64,000 bases of DNA. It comes from Pseudomonadota bacterium (GTDB lineage Bacteria > Pseudomonadota > Alphaproteobacteria > Sphingomonadales > Sphingomonadaceae). The notes under the pieces are model-generated. The model was not told where the DNA came from and ran no database searches. It worked only from the letters and a program-made list of their open reading frames with translations. Shown here piece after piece: positions 1 to 10,007 of the stretch (its first letter is position 1; every line of letters begins with the position of its first letter). The stretch covers positions 6,806 to 70,805 of the forward strand of contig JBKPKZ010000090.1 of NCBI GenBank assembly GCA_046731355.1, in the 5' to 3' direction. The position numbers and the translations under genes are program-made.

Positions 1-197
1 TCCATCATTTCCGGAAAGCCGGTGAGATCCGAAATGTCGCGGACCCGGGATCCAAGCTCGCGCAGCCTCCGCGCAGTTCCCCCGGTCGAGACCAGCTCGA
101 CACCACGCCTGGCCAGACCTTCAGCAAGGCGCTCCAGCCCATTCTTGTCCGAAAGCGAAATGAGCGCCCTTTTGACGGGCACGAGGTCGGTCATCAT
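1..197 (-). CDS. purH: Bifunctional AICAR formyltransferase/IMP cyclohydrolase, N-terminal part (runs off window start)
   Basis: Manual translation, not in ORF track: [65 protein letters not shown]. Contains the PurH signatures RALISxSDK, STGGT and TGFPEM. Confidence 0.95.
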   Translation of the reverse strand, partial: MMTDLVPVKRALISLSDKNGLERLAEGLARRGVELVSTGGTARRLRELGSRVRDISDLTGFPEMM

Positions 198-214
198 GAA
201 TCCTTAAATGTGGT

Positions 215-1867
215 TCAGCTCGATCGGCGGAACTGCCAGGCAACTTCGCCGCCGATAGCCGCGACCTCGCCCTGAATCACCAACTGAGTCGTCGGGACCA
301 TTTGTCCGCGACCGTCGATCATCAGGCTTTCTTCAACGCTCAGGTTCGCCCCTCGGACCCGGAAGTTCCAGGGCGGAGCACCGGGAGAACGAAGGATTGC
401 GCCCATCCCATCGGCGGTGATCGTCGGCTCGACTCCGGGAGCCAGGTGAAAGCGGATCGCGTAAGGCGCGGCATCGCGAATTTTTCGGCGGCCCTTGGCG
501 ATCATCTGATCCGCGCCGCGGATTTCCTTGCCGTCATTGCCGAGCATCAGGCTGCGCTTGTGGACCAGGCCGAAGCCCCGCACATAGCCATCGTGGGTGG
601 CTTCGAGCCGGCTGCAGTCGTTGTCCTCGCTGCGCTCGACGCCGACGTCCTCGACGCCCTTGCCCAGTGAGCCGTCGGGAAGGATCGCCGTCGAATTGGT
701 GTCGGAGATGATGAGCGTGCTGTGGGCCGCCGTGGTCCGCAGTCCCTCGGTCAGATCGGGCGGCAAGGCTGTCGGAAGCTGGCCTGGCCCGCCGCAGTTG
801 ATCACCAGCCGCTGCGATCCGTCCGACATCTCGAAGGCCAGCGTCGATGCGCAACCCGCCGAAGCCATTTTCGGAGGCGGTGGCGGAGCGGCGTCGATGA
901 CGATCACAGTCCCGAGAGCAGACATGCGGTGATAGCCCCAGCCTCGGGCCTGCCGAAGCGGACGGGCGCGAAGTCCACAACCTTCGACGAGCGCATGGAG
1001 CTTTGCAGGATCGCCGGGGTTTCCGCCCTGCCAGCTAGAAAGGGCGCCGTCTCCCATGGTGACTCCGTGGAGCGCCGCGAGTGCCGCCGCAGCGGCTGCC
1101 TCGATGGTGTCGGGAAGGCTCTGCTTCGCCGCAAAATAGGCGGCGCGGAGGAGAGCCAGGCGGTCGACGAGAAGCGCCTGCTGCGTGGGCGTCCGGCTGA
1201 TGAGCCCGCCATCTTCGAACTGGGCGGTTGAAAGCGCTCGCGCCAGTCCCGACTCGCCGCGGGCAACTCGAGGAACGCCGCCTTGAACCAGAAGGCCGGC
1301 GGCCACGAGGCCTGCCCAAGCCGTGATCCGGTCGAGTCCCGGCAGCGCCTTGTCGGCATTGGCATCGAGGTGGCGCGCCCCGCGAACCAAAGTGTTCAGG
1401 AGCGCCGAGCGGTATCCGCTGTCACGGCTCGACAGGATGTAGGGGGCGTAGGCCATCCAGTAGAGGATGCGCTCTCCCCACAGGTCCGGCCGCCACGAGT
1501 CGTCGACTCGAGTACCGTGCGCGAGCAGCCATCGGCCGGCGAGCGCCTCGGCGACCCGCGCACCCTTCTCACGGGAAGCCGCAGCCGAGAGGTCGCGCAG
1601 CCAGGAAAAGCCCTGGAGGGAATCTGCCGCGGGATTGCCGACCCCCAAGGCGGCGAAGTCGAGTTCGTTGAGGCCGATCACCTCATTGCCCAGCACGAAC
1701 CGTCCGCCGAGCAAGGCTTCGCCTCGCTGACGGTCGCCCTGCACGTGGTCGCGCGGGACGGCGACGAGCTTGAGCGGCTGCCGTCCTGAGGCGAACAGGC
1801 GCGACAGCAAGGGACGCCTGGCGAGCTTTCGAACGACGGCATTCTGGGCCGCGTTGTCGGCGCTCAT
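215..1867 (-). CDS. Heparinase II/III-like family protein
   Basis: 560-aa ORF; likely start MSADN at 1867, overlapping the rpe stop (ATGA). C-terminal LVINCG and RTTAAHSTL motifs; typical alphaproteobacterial position between rsmB/rpe and purH. Confidence 0.8.
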   Translation of the reverse strand: MSADNAAQNAVVRKLARRPLLSRLFASGRQPLKLVAVPRDHVQGDRQRGEALLGGRFVLGNEVIGLNELDFAALGVGNPAADSLQGFSWLRDLSAAASREKGARVAEALAGRWLLAHGTRVDDSWRPDLWGERILYWMAYAPYILSSRDSGYRSALLNTLVRGARHLDANADKALPGLDRITAWAGLVAAGLLVQGGVPRVARGESGLARALSTAQFEDGGLISRTPTQQALLVDRLALLRAAYFAAKQSLPDTIEAAAAAALAALHGVTMGDGALSSWQGGNPGDPAKLHALVEGCGLRARPLRQARGWGYHRMSALGTVIVIDAAPPPPPKMASAGCASTLAFEMSDGSQRLVINCGGPGQLPTALPPDLTEGLRTTAAHSTLIISDTNSTAILPDGSLGKGVEDVGVERSEDNDCSRLEATHDGYVRGFGLVHKRSLMLGNDGKEIRGADQMIAKGRRKIRDAAPYAIRFHLAPGVEPTITADGMGAILRSPGAPPWNFRVRGANLSVEESLMIDGRGQMVPTTQLVIQGEVAAIGGEVAWQFRRSS

Positions 1868-2526
1868 TCGTCTCCCCTGAGCGCCTTGATGTTGCATGCG
1901 TAAGAGCCCAAACCGCCGCGGAAAACGGCCGTTCCGGCGACGAGCGCAGTCGCTCCGGAGTCGACCGCCTGGCGGGCCGTTTCAACATCGATCCCGCCGT
2001 CAACCTCGAGCTGGACGTCGAGATTCTCCTTGGCGATGCGGTTAGCGATCACCTCGATCTTGCGGAGCTGGCTGGTGATGAACTTCTGGCCGCCGAAACC
2101 CGGATTGACGCTCATCACCAGGACGAGGTCGATTTCTTCGAGAACGTAATCGAGCATTTTCGCGGGCGTCGCCGGGTTCAGCGACACGCCTGCCTTCTTG
2201 CCGAGACCCTTGATCCGCTGGATCGTGCGATGGAGATGCGGCCCGGCCTCCGGATGGACGGTGATGATGTCGGCGCCGGCCTCGGCAAAGGCGTCGAGAA
2301 ATGGATCGATCGGCGAGATCATCAGATGGACGTCGAACGGCTTGGCCGATTGCGGGCGAAGCGCCTTCAGAACGGCCGGGCCAATGGTGATGTTCGGCAC
2401 GAAATGGCCATCCATGACGTCAACATGGATCCAGTCGGCTCCCGCCTCATCGATCGCGCGGACTTCCTCGCCGAGCTTGGCGAAGTCGGCGGAGAGGATG
2501 GATGGCGAGATTATCGGGCGGCCCAT
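1864..2526 (-). CDS. rpe: Ribulose-phosphate 3-epimerase
   Basis: [35 protein letters not shown] and EVDGG motifs. Confidence 0.97.
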   Translation of the reverse strand: MGRPIISPSILSADFAKLGEEVRAIDEAGADWIHVDVMDGHFVPNITIGPAVLKALRPQSAKPFDVHLMISPIDPFLDAFAEAGADIITVHPEAGPHLHRTIQRIKGLGKKAGVSLNPATPAKMLDYVLEEIDLVLVMSVNPGFGGQKFITSQLRKIEVIANRIAKENLDVQLEVDGGIDVETARQAVDSGATALVAGTAVFRGGLGSYACNIKALRGDE

Positions 2527-2541
2527 GGGTCCGATTAAACG

Positions 2542-3804
2542 CTAAGTTGCTGTCCGGACAAGGCGCGCGGCGAAGAAGCCGTCGAGACCGCCCTCGCTTT
2601 CGAGCAGGCCGGGGAGGATTCGGACCCAGCCACGCTCATGCGACGTCACGAAGTCAGGGAGCTCGCCGCTGCTCGGCGGGTCGATTTTGAATTTGGGATT
2701 GGAATCGAGGAAAGCGGTTACGACCGTCTCGCCTTCCTCCGGCTCGAGCGAACAGACGGCATAGACGAGGCACCCGTCCGGTTTGAGCCATCCGGCCGCA
2801 CGTTCGAGCAATTGCGCCTGCAGCTGTGCGCTATGACGGATGATATCCGCTCGGGCTCGGTAGAGAACCTCGGGATGACGGCGAAATGTGCCGGTCGCAG
2901 AGCAGGGCGCGTCAAGCAAAATGCAATCGAACTGCTTGTCGGGCGACCACCTTAGCGCGTCGGCCGGGACGAGTTGCGCATCGAGCCCCGTTCGCTGGAG
3001 ATTTTCGCGGAGGCGCTCGAGGCGAGTCTCCGACTGATCGACTGCGGTCACTCGATGTCCGGCGGCCGCGATCTGCATCGTCTTGCCCCCCGGTGCGGCG
3101 CAAAGGTCGAGGACCTCGCCCGCGTCTGCCTTTATCAGCCGGGCGGGCAGCGATGCGGACAGATCCTGCACCCACCAGCGGCCCTCGCCGAAATCTGGCA
3201 GTTCGGAAACGGCTCCGGAATCGTGCAGCCGGACATGACGAGCGGCGAGCGACCTGCCTCCGGTTCGCTTGGCGAACCCAGCCGAATAGCCATCATCGAC
3301 GAAGGTGAGGTCGAGCGGGGGGCGATGCGTGATCAGCCTCCTTGCCGCCGCCACGGTGTCCTCTTGCCAAGCCTCGCTCCAGCGGCGCTCGACGGGCTCC
3401 GGCAGAAACGGCGCGTCCATCGCCGGCACTCCGCGCCTAAGAAGAGTGCCGAGAACGCCGTGCACCAACCGACGCGGTCCGCCATCCACCAACGGTAGCG
3501 CGGTCGCGACAAGAGCATGCTCCGGAGTTCCGAGTCCCACTTTCTGAGCCAGCGCGAGGCGGAGCACCATGCGCGCCTTGCTGTCGTCTGGAAGCTTTTG
3601 CTTAGTTGCGCTGTCGATCAGGGCATCGATGTCCGGCAGGCGCCGGAGCACTTCGCCGGAGATCGCAATCGCGAGCGCGTGGTCGGCGGGCTTGAGCTTT
3701 TTCTCCGCCTGCGCGGCCGAATCGAGCGTCCGTCCTCGCCGGAGGACCGCATCCAGCATTTGCAGAGCAGCTCGTCGGGCGGGAAGACCTTCAACGCTTG
3801 GCAT
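2542..3804 (-). CDS. rsmB: RsmB/NOP family SAM-dependent rRNA m5C methyltransferase
   Basis: DLCAAPGGKT SAM motif, LLDAPCSATG and YAVCS catalytic Cys motifs, NusB-like N-terminus. Start taken at MPSVEG (3804). Confidence 0.9.
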   Translation of the reverse strand: MPSVEGLPARRAALQMLDAVLRRGRTLDSAAQAEKKLKPADHALAIAISGEVLRRLPDIDALIDSATKQKLPDDSKARMVLRLALAQKVGLGTPEHALVATALPLVDGGPRRLVHGVLGTLLRRGVPAMDAPFLPEPVERRWSEAWQEDTVAAARRLITHRPPLDLTFVDDGYSAGFAKRTGGRSLAARHVRLHDSGAVSELPDFGEGRWWVQDLSASLPARLIKADAGEVLDLCAAPGGKTMQIAAAGHRVTAVDQSETRLERLRENLQRTGLDAQLVPADALRWSPDKQFDCILLDAPCSATGTFRRHPEVLYRARADIIRHSAQLQAQLLERAAGWLKPDGCLVYAVCSLEPEEGETVVTAFLDSNPKFKIDPPSSGELPDFVTSHERGWVRILPGLLESEGGLDGFFAARLVRTAT

Positions 3805-3832
3805 TATGGGTCCCAACGCTCATCTTCGTTCC

Positions 3833-4000
3833 ATGTCCAAGGCCAACCGCCCCAAAGCGCCCGATTATTTGTCCAAGTCGCCGCCTATTCCGAAGCCGAT
3901 GCCAGCCGAGGAAGCCACGTCTCCCGACGGAGAAGAAGAACGGCTCGATCCCACGCGCTACGGCGACTGGGAGAGGAAGGGCATCGCGATCGATTTCTAG
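3833..4000 (+). CDS. DUF1674 family protein (SDHAF4-like succinate dehydrogenase assembly factor homologue)
   Basis: 55 aa MSKANRPK...DPTRYGDWERKGIAIDF. The C-terminal PTRYGDWE..G..IDF motif is diagnostic. Confidence 0.9.
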   Translation: MSKANRPKAPDYLSKSPPIPKPMPAEEATSPDGEEERLDPTRYGDWERKGIAIDF

Positions 4001-4986
4001 TGCGCCTCGGGCCGGGGTGGTCGGGAGAGCAGCTCCTGAAGCACCTGGTCGACGTTTGCTCGGCCCGACAGCAATTTGTCGACCGCGGCGACGACCGGCA
4101 TGTCGATGCCCATCTGCTCCGCCAGCCGCGCCAGTACCGGGGCGGTGAACGCTCCTTCCGCAACCGTCTTGCGGTCGGTCATCAGCTCGGCGGGAGAACG
4201 GCCCTCGCCGATGCCCTTGCCGAGCGAGAAATTGCGCGAGCTGGTTGATGAGCAGGTGAGAACGAGGTCACCGAGGCCGGACAGGCCGGTGAGCGTCTCA
4301 CGTTTCGCGCCGTTCGCCTGGCCAAACCGGGTCATTTCAGCGAACCCGCGTCCGATCAGGGCGGCCCTTGCGTTCTGGCCGAGACCTTTGCCGTCGACGA
4401 CGCCGCAGGCGATCGCAAGCACGTTCTTCACCGCACCGCCGATCTCGGCGCCCGCCACGTCGTCGCTCAGATAGATCCGAAAGGTCGGGCGGGCGATCCG
4501 GTCACGCAGCGCTTCGGCGAGCGCCTGATCCTCGGCGGCGAGCGTGACTGCGGTTGGCAATCCCGCTGCGACTTCGTGGGCGAAAGTCGGACCCGAAAGG
4601 ACTGCGATCGGAGCGCCGGGCCGGGCTTCGGACGCCACGCTGTGAAGCAGGGAGCCGCTTTGCTCTTCGATACCCTTCGAACAGAGGATCAGCGGCCTGT
4701 CGGCCTTCGGAGCCGCTTCGAGCACCGCTCTCATATGCTGTGCCGGCGTAACCACCAACCACGCGTCGCACTCCAGGAGATCAGCCAGCTCGCCGGTTGC
4801 GCGGACGCTCCGGTCAAGTTTCGATCCACGAAGGAACACCGAGTTTTCGTTGACCGAATTAATCGCGTCGACGACTTCCGGCTCGCGAGCCCAGAGCAAA
4901 ACGTCGCGGCCGCCGCTTGCGCCGACCTGCGCCAATGCCGTGCCCCATGCGCCGCCGCCGATCACGCCGAGACGATCATAGCTCAT
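3997..4986 (-). CDS. gpsA: NAD(P)H-dependent glycerol-3-phosphate dehydrogenase
   Basis: GGGAWGTALA, LSGPTFA, GGAVKNVLAIACG, GLSGLGDLVLTCSS...SRN. Start MSYDRL at 4986 overlaps the tsaD stop. Confidence 0.97.
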   Translation of the reverse strand: MSYDRLGVIGGGAWGTALAQVGASGGRDVLLWAREPEVVDAINSVNENSVFLRGSKLDRSVRATGELADLLECDAWLVVTPAQHMRAVLEAAPKADRPLILCSKGIEEQSGSLLHSVASEARPGAPIAVLSGPTFAHEVAAGLPTAVTLAAEDQALAEALRDRIARPTFRIYLSDDVAGAEIGGAVKNVLAIACGVVDGKGLGQNARAALIGRGFAEMTRFGQANGAKRETLTGLSGLGDLVLTCSSTSSRNFSLGKGIGEGRSPAELMTDRKTVAEGAFTAPVLARLAEQMGIDMPVVAAVDKLLSGRANVDQVLQELLSRPPRPEAH

Positions 4987-6014
4987 GCCTTCACTCCCGC
5001 GCCCCGGACCTTGTCGGCGGCTGGATCGAGCGGCCAACGCGCCCGAGCTGGAGCGTCCAGCGCGTCGGTAAGGCCGCGGGTGAAGCGCTCGGCCCCGGCC
5101 CAGGCGATCATCGCCGCATTGTCCGTGCAGAGCCAGCCAGGAGGGACGCCGAACCGGCGGCCCTGGTCGCCCGCGAGCTCCTGGAGAGCAGTACGGATCG
5201 CCCGGTTCGCAGCGACACCGCCGGCGACGACCAGCGTTGGCGAGTCGCTCCGCTCAAGCGCGAGCCGAGTCCGGTCGACCAGGCAGTCGACCACTGCTTG
5301 CTGGAAAGAGGCGGCGACATCGGCGGACTTGTAGGCGCTCGATGCCACGGCCCGCTGGACTGCGCTCTTGAGACCAGCAAACGAAAAGTGCGGCTCGCCG
5401 GAGCCGACCAGTGGCCTCGGAAGGGGGACCGCGTTCGGATCGCCATCGACCGCAAGCTCTTCGATCGAAGGGCCCCCAGGATAGGGGAGCCCAAGCAGCT
5501 TCGCTGCCTTGTCGAACGCTTCACCCGCCGCATCGTCGATCGTGGTCGCCATCCGCCGATAATCGCCGACCGCGCGGACTTCGAGCAGCTGGCAGTGCCC
5601 GCCCGACACGAGCAGAAGCAGGTACGGGAAGTCGAGATCGGGATCGACGAGGCGCGGGCTGAGCGCATGGCCCTCGAGGTGGTTGACCGCGACGAGCGGT
5701 TTGCCGGTCCCGAGCGCAAGTCCTTTGCCGGCAAGCAGGGCGACCATCACTCCGCCGATCAGCCCCGGCCCCGCGGTTGCAGCGATTGCGTCGACGTCCG
5801 CCACGGTCTTTCCGGCGTCCGTCAGCACCTGGCGCACGAGATTAGGAAGGATCTCGACGTGCGCACGGGCGGCGATCTCCGGAACGACGCCGCCGAACGG
5901 TCGATGCGCTTCGTTCTGTCCGACCACCGCATGGGCGAGAATCTGCCGATCGCTCGTTACGAGCGCCGCTGCAGTATCGTCGCAAGAGGATTCGAGGCCG
6001 AGGATCAGCGCCAT
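4983..6014 (-). CDS. tsaD: tRNA threonylcarbamoyladenosine biosynthesis protein TsaD
   Basis: LGLESSCDDT, GGVVPEIAARAH, VNHLEGH, LLVSGGH, DDAAGEAFDK, CTDNAAMIA. Confidence 0.98.
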   Translation of the reverse strand: MALILGLESSCDDTAAALVTSDRQILAHAVVGQNEAHRPFGGVVPEIAARAHVEILPNLVRQVLTDAGKTVADVDAIAATAGPGLIGGVMVALLAGKGLALGTGKPLVAVNHLEGHALSPRLVDPDLDFPYLLLLVSGGHCQLLEVRAVGDYRRMATTIDDAAGEAFDKAAKLLGLPYPGGPSIEELAVDGDPNAVPLPRPLVGSGEPHFSFAGLKSAVQRAVASSAYKSADVAASFQQAVVDCLVDRTRLALERSDSPTLVVAGGVAANRAIRTALQELAGDQGRRFGVPPGWLCTDNAAMIAWAGAERFTRGLTDALDAPARARWPLDPAADKVRGAGVKA

Positions 6015-6084
6015 TTGTCGCGCCTTTGCCGCACGCGGAGGCGCTCGGCTAGTGGGGCCGCCGGTTTGGGGCTAGCAGGACCTC

Positions 6085-7005
6085 ATGCACCGTTCTCCGA
6101 TTCTAGGCACGCGCGGGTCGCCGCTGGCCCTTGTCCAAGCGCACAAGGTCGCTTCGGCGTTGGAGGTCGCAAATCGCTGGACAGCGGACTACGTCCAGAT
6201 CCAGGTCGTCGAGACGACGGGCGACAGGGTACAGGACCGGCCACTTGCCGAGATCGGCGGGAAACAGCTGTGGACGAAGGAACTCGACCGCGCGTTGATG
6301 GACGGGGAAGTCGACTTCTGCGTCCATTCGCTGAAGGACGTGGAGGCAATCCGGCCCCGCGAGATCAATATTGCCGCGGTCAGGCCGCGCGGCGACGTGC
6401 AGGATCGGCTGATCGGCGCCGATTCCATCGATGCGCTTCCCCGAGGGGCGGTCGTTGGAACCTCCTCGCCGCGTCGGAAGGCGCAGCTTTTGTCGCTTCG
6501 CCCGGACCTCCAGATTGTCCCGTTGCGGGGGAATGTTCAGACCCGCCTCGCCAAGCTGGAGGCGGGCGAAGTGCAGGCGACCTTGCTCGCAGGAGCCGGC
6601 CTTCGGCGGCTTGGAATGGGCGCTGTCGGGACGCCGATCCCCCTCGACGTCATGCTCCCGGCGCCGACGCAGGCAGTGATCGCGATTGAATGCCGCGCGG
6701 ACGATGCAATGACCGCCTCGATGCTGACAATCATCGATGACCGCACCACCCATGCTCTCATCCGCGCCGAGCGCGCATTCACGGCCGCGCTAGGCGGAAG
6801 CTGCCATTCGCCGGTTGCGGCCTATGCCGAGATCGTCAACGGCAAGGCCCACCTCCGCGCGCAGATCCTTTCCGAGGATGGCCGCGAACAGGTCCGCGAC
6901 GAAGCTGTTTTCGAATGTGGCGACCACGAGACGCCAAGGCGGCTTTCACAGTCGATGCTCGAGAAGGCGCCCGATTCCATCCGTTCGCTGTTCGGCGCGA
7001 GATGA
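6085..7005 (+). CDS. hemC: Hydroxymethylbilane synthase (porphobilinogen deaminase)
   Basis: LGTRGSPLAL, TTGD, VHSLKD, GTSSPRR, LRGNVQTRL, LGGSCHSP (cofactor Cys). Confidence 0.97.
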   Translation: MHRSPILGTRGSPLALVQAHKVASALEVANRWTADYVQIQVVETTGDRVQDRPLAEIGGKQLWTKELDRALMDGEVDFCVHSLKDVEAIRPREINIAAVRPRGDVQDRLIGADSIDALPRGAVVGTSSPRRKAQLLSLRPDLQIVPLRGNVQTRLAKLEAGEVQATLLAGAGLRRLGMGAVGTPIPLDVMLPAPTQAVIAIECRADDAMTASMLTIIDDRTTHALIRAERAFTAALGGSCHSPVAAYAEIVNGKAHLRAQILSEDGREQVRDEAVFECGDHETPRRLSQSMLEKAPDSIRSLFGAR

Positions 7006-7664
7006 GACGCGTCTTCGTCTTCCGGCCGGAGCCGGCCTCGAGACGGACGATCTCCAAGGCGCGGGAGCTCGGCCTCGATGCCGTGTCGATCCCGCTGTTC
7101 GACCTCGAGAAGCTGGACTGGTCGCCACCTGACCCAAGCAGCTTCGACGGGCTCCTCCTGACCAGCGCGAACACAGTGAAAATGGGCGGCGACAGACTGG
7201 ACCGGTACCGCGGCTTGCCCGTTCACGCGGTCGGCGAAGGAACCGCGGTCGCCGCCGAGGTCGCCGGTCTCGGCATCGCGACCGTTGGCGGCGGCGGGAT
7301 CGACCAGCTGCTTGCCGACGTCGATCCCGAGGCACGCCTCCTTCACCTTTGCGGCGAGGATCGCCGCCCGCCGTCGATCACCGGGCGTTCGATCACAATT
7401 GTGCCCATCTATCGGGCATCCGAGAGGGAAGAGGTCCAAGGGCTGGAGGATCTCGAGGGCCAGGTCGCCGTCCTGCATTCGCCCCGGGCCGCTCGGCGCC
7501 TTGCGGAGCTCGTCGATCAGGAATGCCGATCGACGGTCAGGATCGCAGCCCTCAGTGGCCCAACCGCCGAGGCCGCGGGCGAAGGCTGGGAGGCTGTCCG
7601 GATCGCCTCTTCGCCCAATGACACGGAGCTTCTGGCCCTCGCGGCCCGGCTGTGCGAGACTTGA
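7002..7664 (+). CDS. hemD: Uroporphyrinogen-III synthase
   Basis: Start MRRVFVFRPEP overlaps the hemC stop (ATGA); LLTSAN, AVGEGTA, VLHSPRAA motifs. Confidence 0.92.
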   Translation: MRRVFVFRPEPASRRTISKARELGLDAVSIPLFDLEKLDWSPPDPSSFDGLLLTSANTVKMGGDRLDRYRGLPVHAVGEGTAVAAEVAGLGIATVGGGGIDQLLADVDPEARLLHLCGEDRRPPSITGRSITIVPIYRASEREEVQGLEDLEGQVAVLHSPRAARRLAELVDQECRSTVRIAALSGPTAEAAGEGWEAVRIASSPNDTELLALAARLCET

Positions 7665-7672
7665 GCTTGAGC

Positions 7673-8476
7673 ATGGCTACCGCATCGAACCGCGCCGGGC
7701 CGGGATGGGGCACCCGGTTGCTTCTCGGACTTGCACTCATCCTCGCCGGCGCAGTGGGCGCCGCCTGGGCGTTGGCGCGCTATGACGGAGCTGCGCGCTT
7801 CCTCGGAGTTGCTCCGAAGCCCGAGGCCGCCGTCCCGGCTCAAAAAGTAATTTCCACCCCGGAAGCGGCACAGGATCCTGAGGACGCGGGGCCTCCGTCG
7901 GAAGAAATTTCGCAGATCCAGGACCGCCTCTCGCGTGTCGAAACCACGACCCAGAGGGTCGAAGGCTCGGCTGGACGGGCCGATGCCTTGCTCGTCGCCT
8001 TTGCCGCCCGCCGTGCAATCGATCGAGGGGTGGCGCTCGGCTATCTCGAACCGTTGCTGGTGGACCGGTTCGGCCAGAGCCATGCACGCGCAGTTGCGAC
8101 CATCGTTACCGGCTCTCACTCGCCGATCCGCCTGAGCGAGCTCATCGACCAATATCGCGTGCTTGGTCCGCAACTGCGCTCAACCGCTCCCGAAGAGAGC
8201 TTCTGGACCCAGTTCAAGCGCGAGTTCGGCTCGATCATCGAAATCCGCCATGCGGATCGGCCATCGACCCAGCCCGACGCGCGCTACGCAAAGGCCTTGA
8301 CCCAGCTTCAGGACGGCGAGGTCGATTCAGCCTTGGCCGAAACGATGCGACTCCCAGGGGCCTCCTACGCACAGCCGTGGATTCGGCAGGCGCGGCAGTA
8401 CGTCGCCGTCCACCGGGCCTTGGACGAGATCGAGTCGGGGGCGCTGCTCGCTAGGAGCCCTCCCCCGGCCACTTAA
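7673..8476 (+). CDS. COG4223 / mitofilin-domain inner-membrane protein (alphaproteobacterial Mic60-like)
   Basis: N-terminal TM helix, coiled-coil middle, C-terminal ...AQPWIRQARQYVAVHRALDEIE resembling the mitofilin domain; directly follows hemC-hemD. Confidence 0.7.
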   Translation: MATASNRAGPGWGTRLLLGLALILAGAVGAAWALARYDGAARFLGVAPKPEAAVPAQKVISTPEAAQDPEDAGPPSEEISQIQDRLSRVETTTQRVEGSAGRADALLVAFAARRAIDRGVALGYLEPLLVDRFGQSHARAVATIVTGSHSPIRLSELIDQYRVLGPQLRSTAPEESFWTQFKREFGSIIEIRHADRPSTQPDARYAKALTQLQDGEVDSALAETMRLPGASYAQPWIRQARQYVAVHRALDEIESGALLARSPPPAT

Positions 8477-8598
8477 AGGGTTGGCAAATCGGTCCCCGGA
8501 TGCGATTCCTGTGGACGCGCCGGGTGGAACAGCCTGCGTTCAGCAAGACGTGCTAAGCTGCTGGCGCTGTGGGATTTTGGTGGGGGAGACGTACCGTC

Positions 8599-9705
8599 AT
8601 GACGTCACACTGGCTCAGCCTTGGCCTTGCGATCGTAGCGCTTGGCCAGTCCGGATCCAGCACGATCGTTCAGGCCGCGGGCCCGGCAGCAGCACCTGCT
8701 GGCCGAGTGGATCGCACCGCCCAGCCAGTTCACGCGCAGCCCGTCCGCGCGGCCCAGGCTCCACAATATCTCGCAGACCGCGTCGACCAGCTGGGCAAGG
8801 GCTTCAACGGCCGGGTCGGCATTGCCGTCCGCTCGGTCGATGAAGGCTGGAGCACGTCCTGGAACGGCAATGAGCTGAACCCGCAGCAGAGCGTCAGCAA
8901 GCTCTGGGTGGCGATCACTGCGCTCGATGCCGTCGACCGGGGCCGGGTCAGCCTCGGCGACCAGGTCACCATGGGCCGGGGCGACCTTACGCTCTTCCAC
9001 CAGCCGATCGCTTCCAAGATCCTCGGCGGCGGAACCACGATCACGCTCGGCGAGCTGATGTTTCAGGCGCTGACCAAGAGCGACAACACTTGCAACGACA
9101 AGCTGATGCGCTCCGTCGGCGGACCGGAAGCCGTACGGTCGATGCTCCGCACCAAGGGGCTCGATTCGATCCGCTTCTATGAAGGCGAGCGCTCACTTCA
9201 GAGCCGAATCGCCGGCCTGACCTGGAGCCCGAGCTATTCGATTGGCAACGCTTTCTACGAAGCGCGCGATGCGCTTCCGATGTCGGTGCGCAGGGCCGCG
9301 TTCAACCGCTATGTCGAGGACCCGTACGACGGTGCCTCCGCGAACGGGATCACCTACGCTCTTGCGAAGCTGAAGCGCGGCGAGCTTCTGTCGCCTCCGT
9401 CGACGGCAAGGCTACTCCGAATCATGAGTCAGACGTCCACCGGGCCGAACCGTTTGAAGGGCGGTCTCAAGGCCGGCTGGTCGCTCAGCCACAAGACCGG
9501 GACAGGGCAGATCCTCGGCGCGACTCAGGCAGGTTACAACGATATTGGAATTCTGACGGCGCCCGACGGACATAGCTATTCGGTGGCGGTAATGATCAAG
9601 AAGACGTCGGTGCCGCTGCCGGTCCGAATGACGCTGATGAACAACGTCGTTCGCGCAACCATCGCCCAGCACGAAATGCGCTACAGCCCGGTCGCCTCGT
9701 TGTAG
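8599..9705 (+). CDS. Class A beta-lactamase-like serine hydrolase, exported
   Basis: Signal peptide; SVSK (SxxK), SDN and KTG motifs; candidate E166 in YEGER followed by a long insertion. Confidence 0.88.
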   Translation: MTSHWLSLGLAIVALGQSGSSTIVQAAGPAAAPAGRVDRTAQPVHAQPVRAAQAPQYLADRVDQLGKGFNGRVGIAVRSVDEGWSTSWNGNELNPQQSVSKLWVAITALDAVDRGRVSLGDQVTMGRGDLTLFHQPIASKILGGGTTITLGELMFQALTKSDNTCNDKLMRSVGGPEAVRSMLRTKGLDSIRFYEGERSLQSRIAGLTWSPSYSIGNAFYEARDALPMSVRRAAFNRYVEDPYDGASANGITYALAKLKRGELLSPPSTARLLRIMSQTSTGPNRLKGGLKAGWSLSHKTGTGQILGATQAGYNDIGILTAPDGHSYSVAVMIKKTSVPLPVRMTLMNNVVRATIAQHEMRYSPVASL

Positions 9706-9753
9706 GGGGAAAGTCCGGCCAAAGCCGGAACGGAGTACGATTCCCGGAAATGC

Positions 9754-9828
9754 TGGAGCGGGCGAAGGGATTCGAACCCTCGACCCCAACCTTGGCAAGG
9801 TTGTGCTCTACCCCTGAGCTACGCCCGC
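9754..9828 (-). tRNA. tRNA-Gly (GCC)
   Basis: Reverse complement GCGGGCGTAGCTCAGGGGTAGAGCACAACCTTGCCAAGGTTGGGGTCGAGGGTTCGAATCCCTTCGCCCGCTCCA; 75 nt, GCC anticodon, TTCGAA loop, encoded CCA. Confidence 0.98.
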
Positions 9829-9939
9829 TCTGAGCTTGAGCCGCTGGTGAGCCGGATGGCCTTCTCCGCGGCAGGGTGGCGGGCGCCTAGCATGGGCCAG
9901 ACGATTCCCGCAAGGGCTGACGCCAAGCTTTCCGCAATG

Positions 9940-9968
9940 CTTGTGGCGAGCGCCTCGTCCGACCATAT
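9940..9968 (+). promoter_or_regulatory. Putative RpoH (sigma32) promoter of the cnoX-LON operon
   Basis: CTTGTG-N16-ACCATAT resembles the alphaproteobacterial RpoH consensus CTTGnn-N16-CCTATAT; ybbN/cnoX is a known heat-shock gene. Confidence 0.6.
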
Positions 9969-10007
9969 GGGGCGCTTCCTCGGCGGCTGTATGGGAGAAC
10001 GAAGAGC

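Noticed and set aside
9705-9828. tRNA-Gly as an integration site for a beta-lactamase island
   Set aside because: No integrase, no duplicated tRNA 3' end seen in the window, and the flanking genes look like core genes.
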